From a virus (taxonomy: Duplodnaviria > Caudoviricetes), in IMG/VR virus record IMGVR_UViG_3300005662_000076, positions 1 to 44,209 of that record: a stretch of 44,209 nt of DNA; one strand, written 5' to 3'. Position 1 is the first letter of the stretch. Every line of letters begins with the position of its first letter. Position numbers and translations under genes: made by a program. This document shows positions 1 to 6,617 of the stretch, piece after piece. Under the pieces are notes generated by a model. The model ran no database searches, had not been told where the DNA came from, and saw only the letters and a list, made by a program, of their open reading frames with translations.

Positions 1-48
1 GTGACCTGAAGGGTGAGTGTTCTCATCAGAAATCTCAGGAACGAATGT

Positions 49-105
49 AATCTATCACCCCTGAGGGCGCTTGGGGGATTTGGTGGGCAGTGGCGCAACT
101 GGCAC
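49..105 (-). promoter_or_regulatory. boxed early promoter (palindromic box 84-105, -10 TAGATT 49-54)
   Basis: TGGGCAGTGGCGCAACTGGCAC matches the box; -10-like hexamer 29 nt downstream on the minus strand. Confidence 0.55.
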
Positions 106-324
106 AGCGGCAGCCGCTTCGCTCTCGGCAAAGTATACCTTACTGCGCTCAATTAATGTGTCAATGAATGCCAGCACGGTTTGAATCACTTTACGGGTTT
201 TTTGTGTGCCATTGTTTTCATTCCAGGCACGAACAGCAAACTGACACACACCGATCACAATTGCGGCAATGGTTGCTAGATTGTACATCAGGGTTTGAAT
301 GAACTTGTGGGCAAAGAGTTTCAT
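55..324 (-). CDS. hypothetical early protein with one predicted TM segment (89 aa)
   Basis: ORF track 55..417; start moved to ATG 324 (MKLFAHK) because the promoter -10 lies at 374-379; hydrophobic stretch LATIAAIVIGVCQFAV. Confidence 0.65.
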   Translation of the reverse strand: MKLFAHKFIQTLMYNLATIAAIVIGVCQFAVRAWNENNGTQKTRKVIQTVLAFIDTLIERSKVYFAESEAAAAVPVAPLPTKSPKRPQG

Positions 325-373
325 AACATTTGGGGTGGGAGGTTTGTGTAGAGAATTCCTCAACCACGAATCA

Positions 374-432
374 AACATAACACCGCCGCGGCCAACCCGC
401 AACCCCCTGTGTGCCACTTCTCATTCTGGCAT
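374..432 (-). promoter_or_regulatory. boxed early promoter
   Basis: box GTGCCACTTCTCATTCTGGCAT 411-432; TTGCGG-N17-TATGTT on minus strand. Confidence 0.7.
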
Positions 433-564
433 AAGAACAATGAATTCCTGAAGATAGTAGTCTAAGGGTAATTCAAGCTCCGCTGCTGTTTGTTCCCATT
501 GATCCCATTCTTCAGGAGTGGCATCATCTAGAAAGTCCTGGAAAGTATAATAATCAATGTTCAT
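421..564 (-). CDS. small very acidic early protein (47 aa)
   Basis: translated by hand: MNIDYYTFQDFLDDATPEEWDQWEQTAAELELPLDYYLQEFIVLMPE; directly behind a boxed promoter. Confidence 0.75.
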   Translation of the reverse strand: MNIDYYTFQDFLDDATPEEWDQWEQTAAELELPLDYYLQEFIVLMPE

Positions 565-588
565 GAGAACTTTGTGAGTGATGTGTAT

Positions 589-651
589 AACATAACAGGC
601 ATCTAGAAATATTTCAAGGGGTCTTGTGCCACTATAAGATCTGGCACAAGA
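589..651 (-). promoter_or_regulatory. boxed early promoter
   Basis: inverted repeat TCTTGTGCCA-N10-TGGCACAAGA 622-651; TTGAAA-N17-TATGTT on minus strand. Confidence 0.75.
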
Positions 652-655
652 TACT

Positions 656-692
656 AAAATACCCTGGGTCTTGTGTTAGACTCCAGGGTATT
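656..692 (-). terminator. putative intrinsic terminator
   Basis: AATACCCTGG...CCAGGGTATT stem (658-692) followed by T-rich sequence on minus strand, just after the 714..881 ORF. Confidence 0.6.
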
Positions 693-713
693 GATGCGTT
701 ATGCTATAAGTTC

Positions 714-881
714 CTACCAGACTCGATCATTGCTCAGGTCTTCAATATACGCCCTCGCAGATTCATCACCACCGAGATCAAACAGTTTCTCCCAATTGAT
801 ATCGCGGGGGTTGAAATCATTGAGTACTTCTAGTTCTAGTGTGATCCTGTAACGTGTCTTTTGTGCTTGAGCGTAAACCAT
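714..881 (-). CDS. hypothetical protein (55 aa)
   Basis: ORF track 714..935; ATG at 881 lies downstream of the promoter at 907-935. Confidence 0.7.
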   Translation of the reverse strand: MVYAQAQKTRYRITLELEVLNDFNPRDINWEKLFDLGGDESARAYIEDLSNDRVW

Positions 882-906
882 AAGAATCTCGTAGGTAACT
901 GTGTGT

Positions 907-935
907 ATTGTAGGCGAATCTAGATGGGGTGTCAA
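907..935 (-). promoter_or_regulatory. sigma70-like promoter
   Basis: TTGACA-N17-TACAAT. Confidence 0.8.
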
Positions 936-1207
936 GTGCGTGATGTGAATCTAGATGCGTATCTAGATGAACCTATATATGCGAATCTAGTTGTATTATT
1001 GATTCTTATGTGTGTGTATCTAGATGATGTATGATGATTATCTAGTTGTATGATGATGTGCGAATCTAGTTGTATGATGATATAATACTATTGTTATATG
1101 ATAATATGATAATCTAGTTGTGTATCTAGATGTATGATGTGAATCTAGTTGCGCAATCTAGTTGAGATCTAGTTGCGCCCCATAAGACTCAGAGGCACAT
1201 CTAGATC
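918..1207. repeat. array of 13 ATCTAG(W)TG short direct repeats in non-coding DNA
   Basis: ATCTAG at 918, 949, 961, 985, 1018, 1040, 1064, 1112, 1124, 1143, 1156, 1167, 1199; AT-rich core about 1079-1112. Confidence 0.9.
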
Positions 1208-1232
1208 CAAAATGAGTTGGCGACTCTTAGTT

Positions 1233-1261
1233 ATTATAAGATGCTCCTAGTTTTATGTCAA
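1233..1261 (-). promoter_or_regulatory. consensus sigma70-like promoter reading into the repeat array
   Basis: TTGACA-N17-TATAAT, perfect consensus, no ORF immediately downstream. Confidence 0.85.
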
Positions 1262-1294
1262 GTGCTCGGGGGTCTCGGAGTTTTGTGGGGGTGC

Positions 1295-1323
1295 TTGACA
1301 TTCTCCGAGTTTTGTGTTAGAAC
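1295..1323 (+). promoter_or_regulatory. possible divergent plus-strand promoter
   Basis: TTGACA-N17-TAGAAC with TG upstream of the -10; last -10 base is non-consensus. Confidence 0.4.
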
Positions 1324-1347
1324 GTTCGCTAAGACCACAAGGACCCA

Positions 1348-1400
1348 GCACATTCTCAGCACATTTACAAGCACTTAAAAGCATTTACAAGCATTTAAAG
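1348..1400. repeat. five tandem 10-12 bp AGCA-led repeats
   Basis: agcacattctc/agcacatttaca/agcacttaaa/agcatttaca/agcatttaaa. Confidence 0.7.
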
Positions 1401-1505
1401 AACATAAAACTCCACACATTCAACAATATAACACTACCATTATACTCTCATATAAACAACACAAATACATTTATTAATACATTTAATAATGTTTTTAAAT
1501 GTTTT

Positions 1506-1685
1506 TTATCGTTTTTTATCCAAATAATGAGGTTTTTCACTATCAAACACATACCACTTCGCAATACCCAGACACATCAACAAAGTGGTATGTTCTCTGT
1601 GTTCTCTATCACTTCCCCTATACATATATCTTCTCTGATATGCACAACACCAGACATTATAAAAGATCTTATCCTTCTCAGTCAT
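1506..1685 (-). CDS. hypothetical protein (59 aa), REHTT-motif family
   Basis: hand-translated MTEKDKIFYNVWCCAYQRRYVYRGSDREHREHTTLLMCLGIAKW...; ATGA overlap with the upstream gene. Confidence 0.7.
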   Translation of the reverse strand: MTEKDKIFYNVWCCAYQRRYMYRGSDREHREHTTLLMCLGIAKWYVFDSEKPHYLDKKR

Positions 1686-1834
1686 TGTTTCATCTTATCT
1701 GCAGACTCTTGGATAAGATCAGCAAGTTCCATAATTTCGTGTTTCATTTCTGGTGTAGAAGTCTTTGATACCTCATCATAAAACAATGTGATTGCGGTTA
1801 ATAATAAAACGTGTTGTCTAAATGTAAGGTTCAT
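1682..1834 (-). CDS. hypothetical protein (50 aa)
   Basis: hand-translated MNLTFRQHVLLLTAITLFYDEVSK...; stop/start coupled on both sides. Confidence 0.7.
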   Translation of the reverse strand: MNLTFRQHVLLLTAITLFYDEVSKTSTPEMKHEIMELADLIQESADKMKQ

Positions 1835-2253
1835 TATACTACTCCATCAGCACTATCTTTGAACTCTTCTACTCGGTTAAGATAATCTTTACCTTGCTGA
1901 TACAATGCTTCAATCAGTGCTTTGATGTCAGCAGTTTGAATCACATCAAACTCGTGATTGAGATTCTCACACCTCAGGGCATCTAACATACACTCCAAAG
2001 TCATTGCTTGTTGAAACTCTGGCGTGATATGTGTTCCCCAAGTGAGACCAGAGACTTCTGCATTGTAGAAGCGATTATATCGTTCAAGCACACGATTACC
2101 CCTTTCCCTGCGTTCTGCCTCTTCCAACATTTCTTCGTGAGTCATCATTTCTCTCAACCTCTGTTTACCATATTCAGTGAGTTCAAACTTTTTATTTCTC
2201 AAGTCATTCACTTCTTCTTGAGTGAGATTGACCCAAGGCATATCATCGTTCAT
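1834..2253 (-). CDS. hypothetical protein
   Basis: ORF track; ATGA overlap places the start at 2253. Confidence 0.75.
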   Translation of the reverse strand: MNDDMPWVNLTQEEVNDLRNKKFELTEYGKQRLREMMTHEEMLEEAERRERGNRVLERYNRFYNAEVSGLTWGTHITPEFQQAMTLECMLDALRCENLNHEFDVIQTADIKALIEALYQQGKDYLNRVEEFKDSADGVV

Positions 2254-2603
2254 CGCAGTTTCTCCCGCATAAGTTTCAGACACTCGTTCCATTTATAAGA
2301 GTTAGTATCGTGTTCTTTGGGCAACCATTCTTTCTCAATTCTATCTACAAGGTCATCAACACAAGTTGGTACATCCCAATCAATATTATCTGTGTGTGTA
2401 TCAAGCATCCATTGAGCAATCACACCATAAAGAGTTTCTGGTTTCTTTGGTTCTTCCACTCTCTTATACTTCACACCCATAATGGTTGCGTATTCTCCTT
2501 CTATGAGAACTTTTGAGATGTCAGTTTCAGTCATTTTATCTTTGTTGAGAGGGCCATAAACTTGTTCCATTAGATTTTGGAAATCCTTTTCAATACCAAA
2601 CAT
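2250..2603 (-). CDS. hypothetical protein
   Basis: ORF track; tightly packed operon. Confidence 0.75.
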   Translation of the reverse strand: MFGIEKDFQNLMEQVYGPLNKDKMTETDISKVLIEGEYATIMGVKYKRVEEPKKPETLYGVIAQWMLDTHTDNIDWDVPTCVDDLVDRIEKEWLPKEHDTNSYKWNECLKLMREKLR

Positions 2604-2944
2604 TATTTCTCCACCCAATATGCTCTCACATTTTTATAAGGTTCATCATACTTTCCCTTCTTTACATCATTAAACCAAAGTCCTTCAAGCAAACGACAAG
2701 TTTCACCATCAGTAATAGCAACCATCAGCAAACCATCATCAGAATACTTTTTTTTATACCAATAAAATTCATCAGGAAATTCAAGACGATAATAAACCAT
2801 CTCATTATAAGAGACAACCTCAAACTTACCACCAAAACTAAACTCCATTCTTGGTTGAGATTTATGTGTCTCAATTTCTTTGAGGAGTTCAAGTTTCTTT
2901 TGAAGCACTTTTATTTCTGCTTCTGTCTTTTCAATTTCAGTCAT
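2603..2944 (-). CDS. hypothetical protein with N-terminal coiled coil
   Basis: ORF track; IEKTEAEIKVLQKKLELLKEI heptads. Confidence 0.75.
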   Translation of the reverse strand: MTEIEKTEAEIKVLQKKLELLKEIETHKSQPRMEFSFGGKFEVVSYNEMVYYRLEFPDEFYWYKKKYSDDGLLMVAITDGETCRLLEGLWFNDVKKGKYDEPYKNVRAYWVEK

Positions 2945-3213
2945 CGGTCCTCATTGTAAAATACAAATCCAGTATTGGTATTGTGGCAGTAATAGTAATA
3001 CTCTTGAAACACTCCGTTCTCAAAAGATTCTACAGTTTCATCAAGTTCATCACTACCAGTTGAATAATAACATTCTAACACAAAGTCAGAATATTCGCCA
3101 ACAAAACCACAGAAACGGTCAGGAAACTTTGTTAGGTCTTTATCTGGGAAGAGTTCATAGTATGTGTCTAATACTTCCTGCCCGTATTCTTCTAGGATGT
3201 CTTCAAGGTTCAT
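2941..3213 (-). CDS. acidic protein, possibly ArdA-like DNA mimic
   Basis: 22 D/E vs 4 K/R in 90 aa; aromatic-rich; EEYGQEV...GEYSDF...YYY...GFVF pattern recalls ArdA C-terminal domains. Confidence 0.45.
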   Translation of the reverse strand: MNLEDILEEYGQEVLDTYYELFPDKDLTKFPDRFCGFVGEYSDFVLECYYSTGSDELDETVESFENGVFQEYYYYCHNTNTGFVFYNEDR

Positions 3214-3470
3214 TCTTCACCATCAAGTTCATTAAGATACTCAAAGTTCCAGGTGTGCTCACAGATACCAATATCAAATCCAAACTTATATACCCAGAAC
3301 ATAATACTCAGAAGAGTTCCACTACCTGATTTGATTTGGATATAAGGCCAACCAGCATAATCATTCCAACTCACTGATGCTTGAAGAAGTGCCCAGTATC
3401 GGTTATGAAGGACCTGAACATACCACTCGTGTCCATACTCCTTACGATGCTTAAATGATATCAATCTCAT
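3210..3470 (-). CDS. hypothetical protein
   Basis: ORF track; ATGA overlaps. Confidence 0.75.
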   Translation of the reverse strand: MRLISFKHRKEYGHEWYVQVLHNRYWALLQASVSWNDYAGWPYIQIKSGSGTLLSIMFWVYKFGFDIGICEHTWNFEYLNELDGEE

Positions 3471-3664
3471 TGCTTCAGTTCCTCGGCAAGTTGCAGCAGA
3501 TCATTCTTATCTAACACAACCAGATCATTCTGTGCTGTATAAGATCTTACATATTCAGCAGTGAGTGATAGAATAGCAGCAACCAATCTTTCTTCAGTAT
3601 CAGCACCTTGATTGTATCTCTGATCCCGTATCAAACTCATAAACTCATTTGCTCTATCAGACAT
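3467..3664 (-). CDS. hypothetical protein
   Basis: ORF track; operon packing. Confidence 0.7.
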   Translation of the reverse strand: MSDRANEFMSLIRDQRYNQGADTEERLVAAILSLTAEYVRSYTAQNDLVVLDKNDLLQLAEELKQ

Positions 3665-4100
3665 TTACACTTTCCTCATAATCAGTCATCAATTTACCAT
3701 CCAAATGATCAATTTCGTGTTGAATAACCCTTGCGGTGAGCCCAGAGTATGAGTTGTGATGTGGTATGCCCTTCCGATCCCGAAATTTCACTGAAATCGA
3801 TTCTGGTCGCTTAAGGTCGATATATGTCTCTGGAATTGACAAACAACCCTCATTCATCCTCACTTGATTGTCAGATTGTGTGATGATTTCAGGGTTAATC
3901 ATTACCAAAGGTGCTCCATCTACATCAATAACAATGATTCTTTTTGATACGCCAACCTGCGGTGCTGCGAGACCAATTCCGTTGTTTGCATACATCGCAT
4001 CAATCATCGATGCACAGAAGTTTCTAACTGAGTCATCAATCTTAGCAACTCTCTTTGATTTGAGATTGAGAACTTTATCTCCAATCGTAACTATCTGCAT
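3657..4100 (-). CDS. def: peptide deformylase
   Basis: motifs GIGLAAPQVG, EGCLS, QHEIDHLDG; GGAGGT Shine-Dalgarno before ATG 4100. Confidence 0.95.
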   Translation of the reverse strand: MQIVTIGDKVLNLKSKRVAKIDDSVRNFCASMIDAMYANNGIGLAAPQVGVSKRIIVIDVDGAPLVMINPEIITQSDNQVRMNEGCLSIPETYIDLKRPESISVKFRDRKGIPHHNSYSGLTARVIQHEIDHLDGKLMTDYEESVNV

Positions 4101-4311
4101 TTCTACCTCCCTCTTGAATGTAGATTTTAATGGGTTCATCATTCCAATGTCGAATTACACCAGCAACAATAAAACAATTAGTGATTAGATAGGTGGCAAA
4201 GATAATACTGCGAATAATGGAGATAAGATCTGCTTCTTTGTCATCTTTCCCGTGCTTCTCACCAAGTGAATAACTCCATAATCTCCAAATGTTATGATGC
4301 TTCTTCTTCAT
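4075..4311 (-). CDS. small membrane protein
   Basis: ORF track; TM segment IIFATYLITNCFIVAGVI. Confidence 0.7.
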   Translation of the reverse strand: MKKKHHNIWRLWSYSLGEKHGKDDKEADLISIIRSIIFATYLITNCFIVAGVIRHWNDEPIKIYIQEGGRNADSYDWR

Positions 4312-4705
4312 TATTGGTTTCAGAGTCAACAGAATATCTATACATAAACCCCTCATTTGTAGAGTAGTATATGTTTTTTACACCACCTTGTTCTAATGCT
4401 AGAGCACATATTGGACAAGGTTTTGCCATTCTTAATTTGTCTTGAGTATTGACTCTTGCAACAACAATTGTATCAGCATCTTCTCGTGCTTTGATCAGTG
4501 CATGGATTTCAGAGTGTAGATAAATCTTCTCACAAAGACCAACCTTCTTTGCAAGTTCTGCTTGCCAAGGATGAGACTTTTGTTCAAGATTTACAGCAGT
4601 TGCAATCACCTTTGATTTGCGGAGAAGAACAGCACCAACTCTGCGGCGTGATGGTGATGACTTTGCTGTTTCAATCGCAAGTTGTAAGAAGTTGTCAGAG
4701 ATCAC
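4292..4705 (-). CDS. Zn-dependent cytidine/dCMP deaminase-fold protein
   Basis: VGAVL...HSE...KPCPIC motifs. Confidence 0.85.
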   Translation of the reverse strand: MISDNFLQLAIETAKSSPSRRRVGAVLLRKSKVIATAVNLEQKSHPWQAELAKKVGLCEKIYLHSEIHALIKAREDADTIVVARVNTQDKLRMAKPCPICALALEQGGVKNIYYSTNEGFMYRYSVDSETNNEEEAS

Positions 4706-4875
4706 TTTGAACTGGTTGGAATCACATTTTGATATTGAGATCTATACACAAGAACATTACAGTCTTGTGATTTATGAGTACCCTTTGACACTGTGATGGT
4801 GATGTAATGTTCACACACAAAGTTGATCACTCCTTTGAGATTTTTGTAGTAAACGTGAGTTCCAGTGTCAAACAT
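4702..4875 (-). CDS. hypothetical protein
   Basis: ORF track; ATG 4875. Confidence 0.7.
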   Translation of the reverse strand: MFDTGTHVYYKNLKGVINFVCEHYITITVSKGTHKSQDCNVLVYRSQYQNVIPTSSK

Positions 4876-4877
4876 AT

Positions 4878-5159
4878 TCAGACAAAGCACATTTCAAGAA
4901 AAGTTCTCTTAATCTTCATTGCACTGTAAGGTGTGGTGTCGGTAATGTCCACTACAGTTCCAACGGTCTTTGAATTAACAGGTGCGTGGAAGCACTTGGT
5001 CTTTGTGTTGTAGAACCCCCAAACACTTCGCACAGAAGCACCGTTATTGTAATCAAATTTAGCATGATTACGAATCCAGATGCTAACCACATTACGTTTG
5101 AACTCTTCAAACTCATAGGAATAACCTTTGGGTGCAGTATGATAAAACTCAGCAATCAT
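4878..5159 (-). CDS. hypothetical phage protein
   Basis: ORF track; HTAPKGYSYE...SVWGFYNTKT...TTPYSAM. Confidence 0.75.
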   Translation of the reverse strand: MIAEFYHTAPKGYSYEFEEFKRNVVSIWIRNHAKFDYNNGASVRSVWGFYNTKTKCFHAPVNSKTVGTVVDITDTTPYSAMKIKRTFLEMCFV

Positions 5160-5316
5160 AGTTTTTTTCAAGTGAAAGCAGATTGATTAGTGTTTTGAGA
5201 TCTTCAATCTCTTTCTCTTGCTCTTTGATCTTTTGCTGAAGATACTCTATGCGCTTCAGGTTCTGTTGTTTGAAGTTGAAAAACATTGGATTGAATGCGA
5301 GTGTGGTAGCGTTCAT
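5149..5316 (-). CDS. small coiled-coil protein (55 aa)
   Basis: hand-translated; RIEYLQQKIKEQEKEIEDLK; TAATG coupling. Confidence 0.6.
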   Translation of the reverse strand: MNATTLAFNPMFFNFKQQNLKRIEYLQQKIKEQEKEIEDLKTLINLLSLEKNYDC

Positions 5317-5549
5317 TATGTCAGAAATACATCAATCAAACGAGACTCTTCATCTTGATTTGAAAGTTCAAATCTTGGTGCTTTTACAATGCTGCTCATA
5401 ATTCGATCATTATATTCTTGATCAAATGCTTGATAGTTTGCAAGAATGTTAAAACATTCTTCATCGGATTCTGCAATAACATTAATCACTCCACCATATT
5501 CAGAGGAGGGAAAAGGAACCCAGTAATCGACAATGTAAAGACTTTTGAT
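5316..5549 (-). CDS. hypothetical protein (77 aa) apparently starting at ATC
   Basis: open frame (I)KSLYIVDYWVPFPSSEYGGVINVIAESDEEC...; AAGGAG SD 8 nt upstream of ATC; in-frame TAA just upstream. Confidence 0.6.
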   Translation of the reverse strand: MKSLYIVDYWVPFPSSEYGGVINVIAESDEECFNILANYQAFDQEYNDRIMSSIVKAPRFELSNQDEESRLIDVFLT

Positions 5550-5581
5550 GGGAGGAACTCCTTAATTAACTCAACAACATT

Positions 5582-5639
5582 AGTATAAAATGAACTGGCA
5601 AGTTTGTCAAGGCACTTGTGCCAGTCAAAGAAGTGTCAC
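5582..5639 (-). promoter_or_regulatory. boxed early promoter
   Basis: box GTGCCAGTCAAAGAAGTGTCAC 5618-5639; TTGACA-N17-TATACT. Confidence 0.85.
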
Positions 5640-5959
5640 TGCTCTTCCCTTTTCTTTCCCATTGCTTGTACTCTCCTGACACCCGCTCTAACTGCATCAA
5701 AAGCAGCAGATCCTAATTGACCTGCTGCCTTTCTCATTGCTCTGTTACTAGCATCTAATCTTCTCTTTGATTTCTTATCAGCACCTCTCACACCGTGAGA
5801 TTTATACTTTGCTGCCTTACTGCTGCCAGCAGAAAGTGCCGCAGATTGTCTTGCCTTTTGCCTTTCTCTGAAAGCAGCAGCGTCTCCAGCAGCCTCATCA
5901 AACTGAACATTTTCCAATGATTCGAAAGCATCATTCATAAAGTCGTAAAATGATTTCAT
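5636..5959 (-). CDS. basic late protein, candidate capsid internal protein
   Basis: N-terminus MKSFYDFMND resembles the T4 capsid-targeting sequence; K/R/A-rich body; ATAAATA upstream. Confidence 0.55.
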   Translation of the reverse strand: MKSFYDFMNDAFESLENVQFDEAAGDAAAFRERQKARQSAALSAGSSKAAKYKSHGVRGADKKSKRRLDASNRAMRKAAGQLGSAAFDAVRAGVRRVQAMGKKREEQ

Positions 5960-5980
5960 ACTGCTATTGAACTCTTTTCT

Positions 5981-5987
5981 TATTTAT
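5981..5987 (-). promoter_or_regulatory. T4-type late promoter core
   Basis: ATAAATA 21 nt upstream of ATG 5959. Confidence 0.6.
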
Positions 5988-6004
5988 CAGCAGCATTTTT
6001 GGAA

Positions 6005-6127
6005 TTATACAAATTCAAACATATAATACTCCAAGGTAACTCCAAGAACAGATGCTTTCATTTCACATTCAGCAAACCATTCAAGGATCTCATCCTCAGT
6101 CATATCACACAGTTTCTCATCGTTCAT
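6005..6127 (-). CDS. small acidic protein (40 aa), paralog of 421..564
   Basis: hand-translated MNDEKLCDMTEDEILEWFAECEMKASVLGVTLEYYMFEFV. Confidence 0.65.
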   Translation of the reverse strand: MNDEKLCDMTEDEILEWFAECEMKASVLGVTLEYYMFEFV

Positions 6128-6261
6128 TTGCTTTTCTCCTGAATAGATTGTTCGGGATAATACACTTTGAACATTTCAGCATCCCGTTTGATTAGAAAAG
6201 CATTATATCCTAGAATAGCAATAAAGGCAAGAAAGATGTAGGTGATAGTAGTAGATTTCAT
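6124..6261 (-). CDS. small membrane protein (45 aa)
   Basis: hand-translated MKSTTITYIFLAFIAILGYNAFLIKRD... Confidence 0.6.
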   Translation of the reverse strand: MKSTTITYIFLAFIAILGYNAFLIKRDAEMFKVYYPEQSIQEKSK

Positions 6262-6614
6262 CAGTCCCAGCTCACATTTTCAACAAGAACACCAGGCATC
6301 ACATATGAGTGAGGAACCTGATTACCAATAGATCCAACTTTATACTCCCATTTGTATTCAAATTTGTTGTGACTATCCCAAGTCATAAATCCTTTCTTGT
6401 CATCAAACCAAGATTTAATGGTAAGACCAAATCGGTTAGAGTAAATGTTGCGTGTCTTTAGAGCACCACCTTTCTCCCGAGTTTCAACTACAGTACATAC
6501 ATCTGCCTGATACTCATTTCCATTTTCGAGATAGCAATTAGTTTTGTATTTGAAAGGTGGGTTTGCAAAAGCAGCAGTAGGAACCAGAAGAAGGAGAAGA
6601 AGTAGTTTTTTCAT
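6261..6614 (-). CDS. exported protein with signal peptide
   Basis: MKKLLLLLLLVPTAAFA-N, a classical Sec signal. Confidence 0.75.
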   Translation of the reverse strand: MKKLLLLLLLVPTAAFANPPFKYKTNCYLENGNEYQADVCTVVETREKGGALKTRNIYSNRFGLTIKSWFDDKKGFMTWDSHNKFEYKWEYKVGSIGNQVPHSYVMPGVLVENVSWD

Positions 6615-6617
6615 AGA

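Noticed and set aside
918-1207. ATCTAG array as a CRISPR or mini-CRISPR array
   Set aside because: Repeat is only ~9 bp, spacers are irregular and low-complexity, and no cas genes are present
1314-1781. Plus-strand ORFs 1314..1781 and 1499..1768
   Set aside because: Low-complexity translation of the G-poor tract; they overlap two well-coupled minus-strand genes
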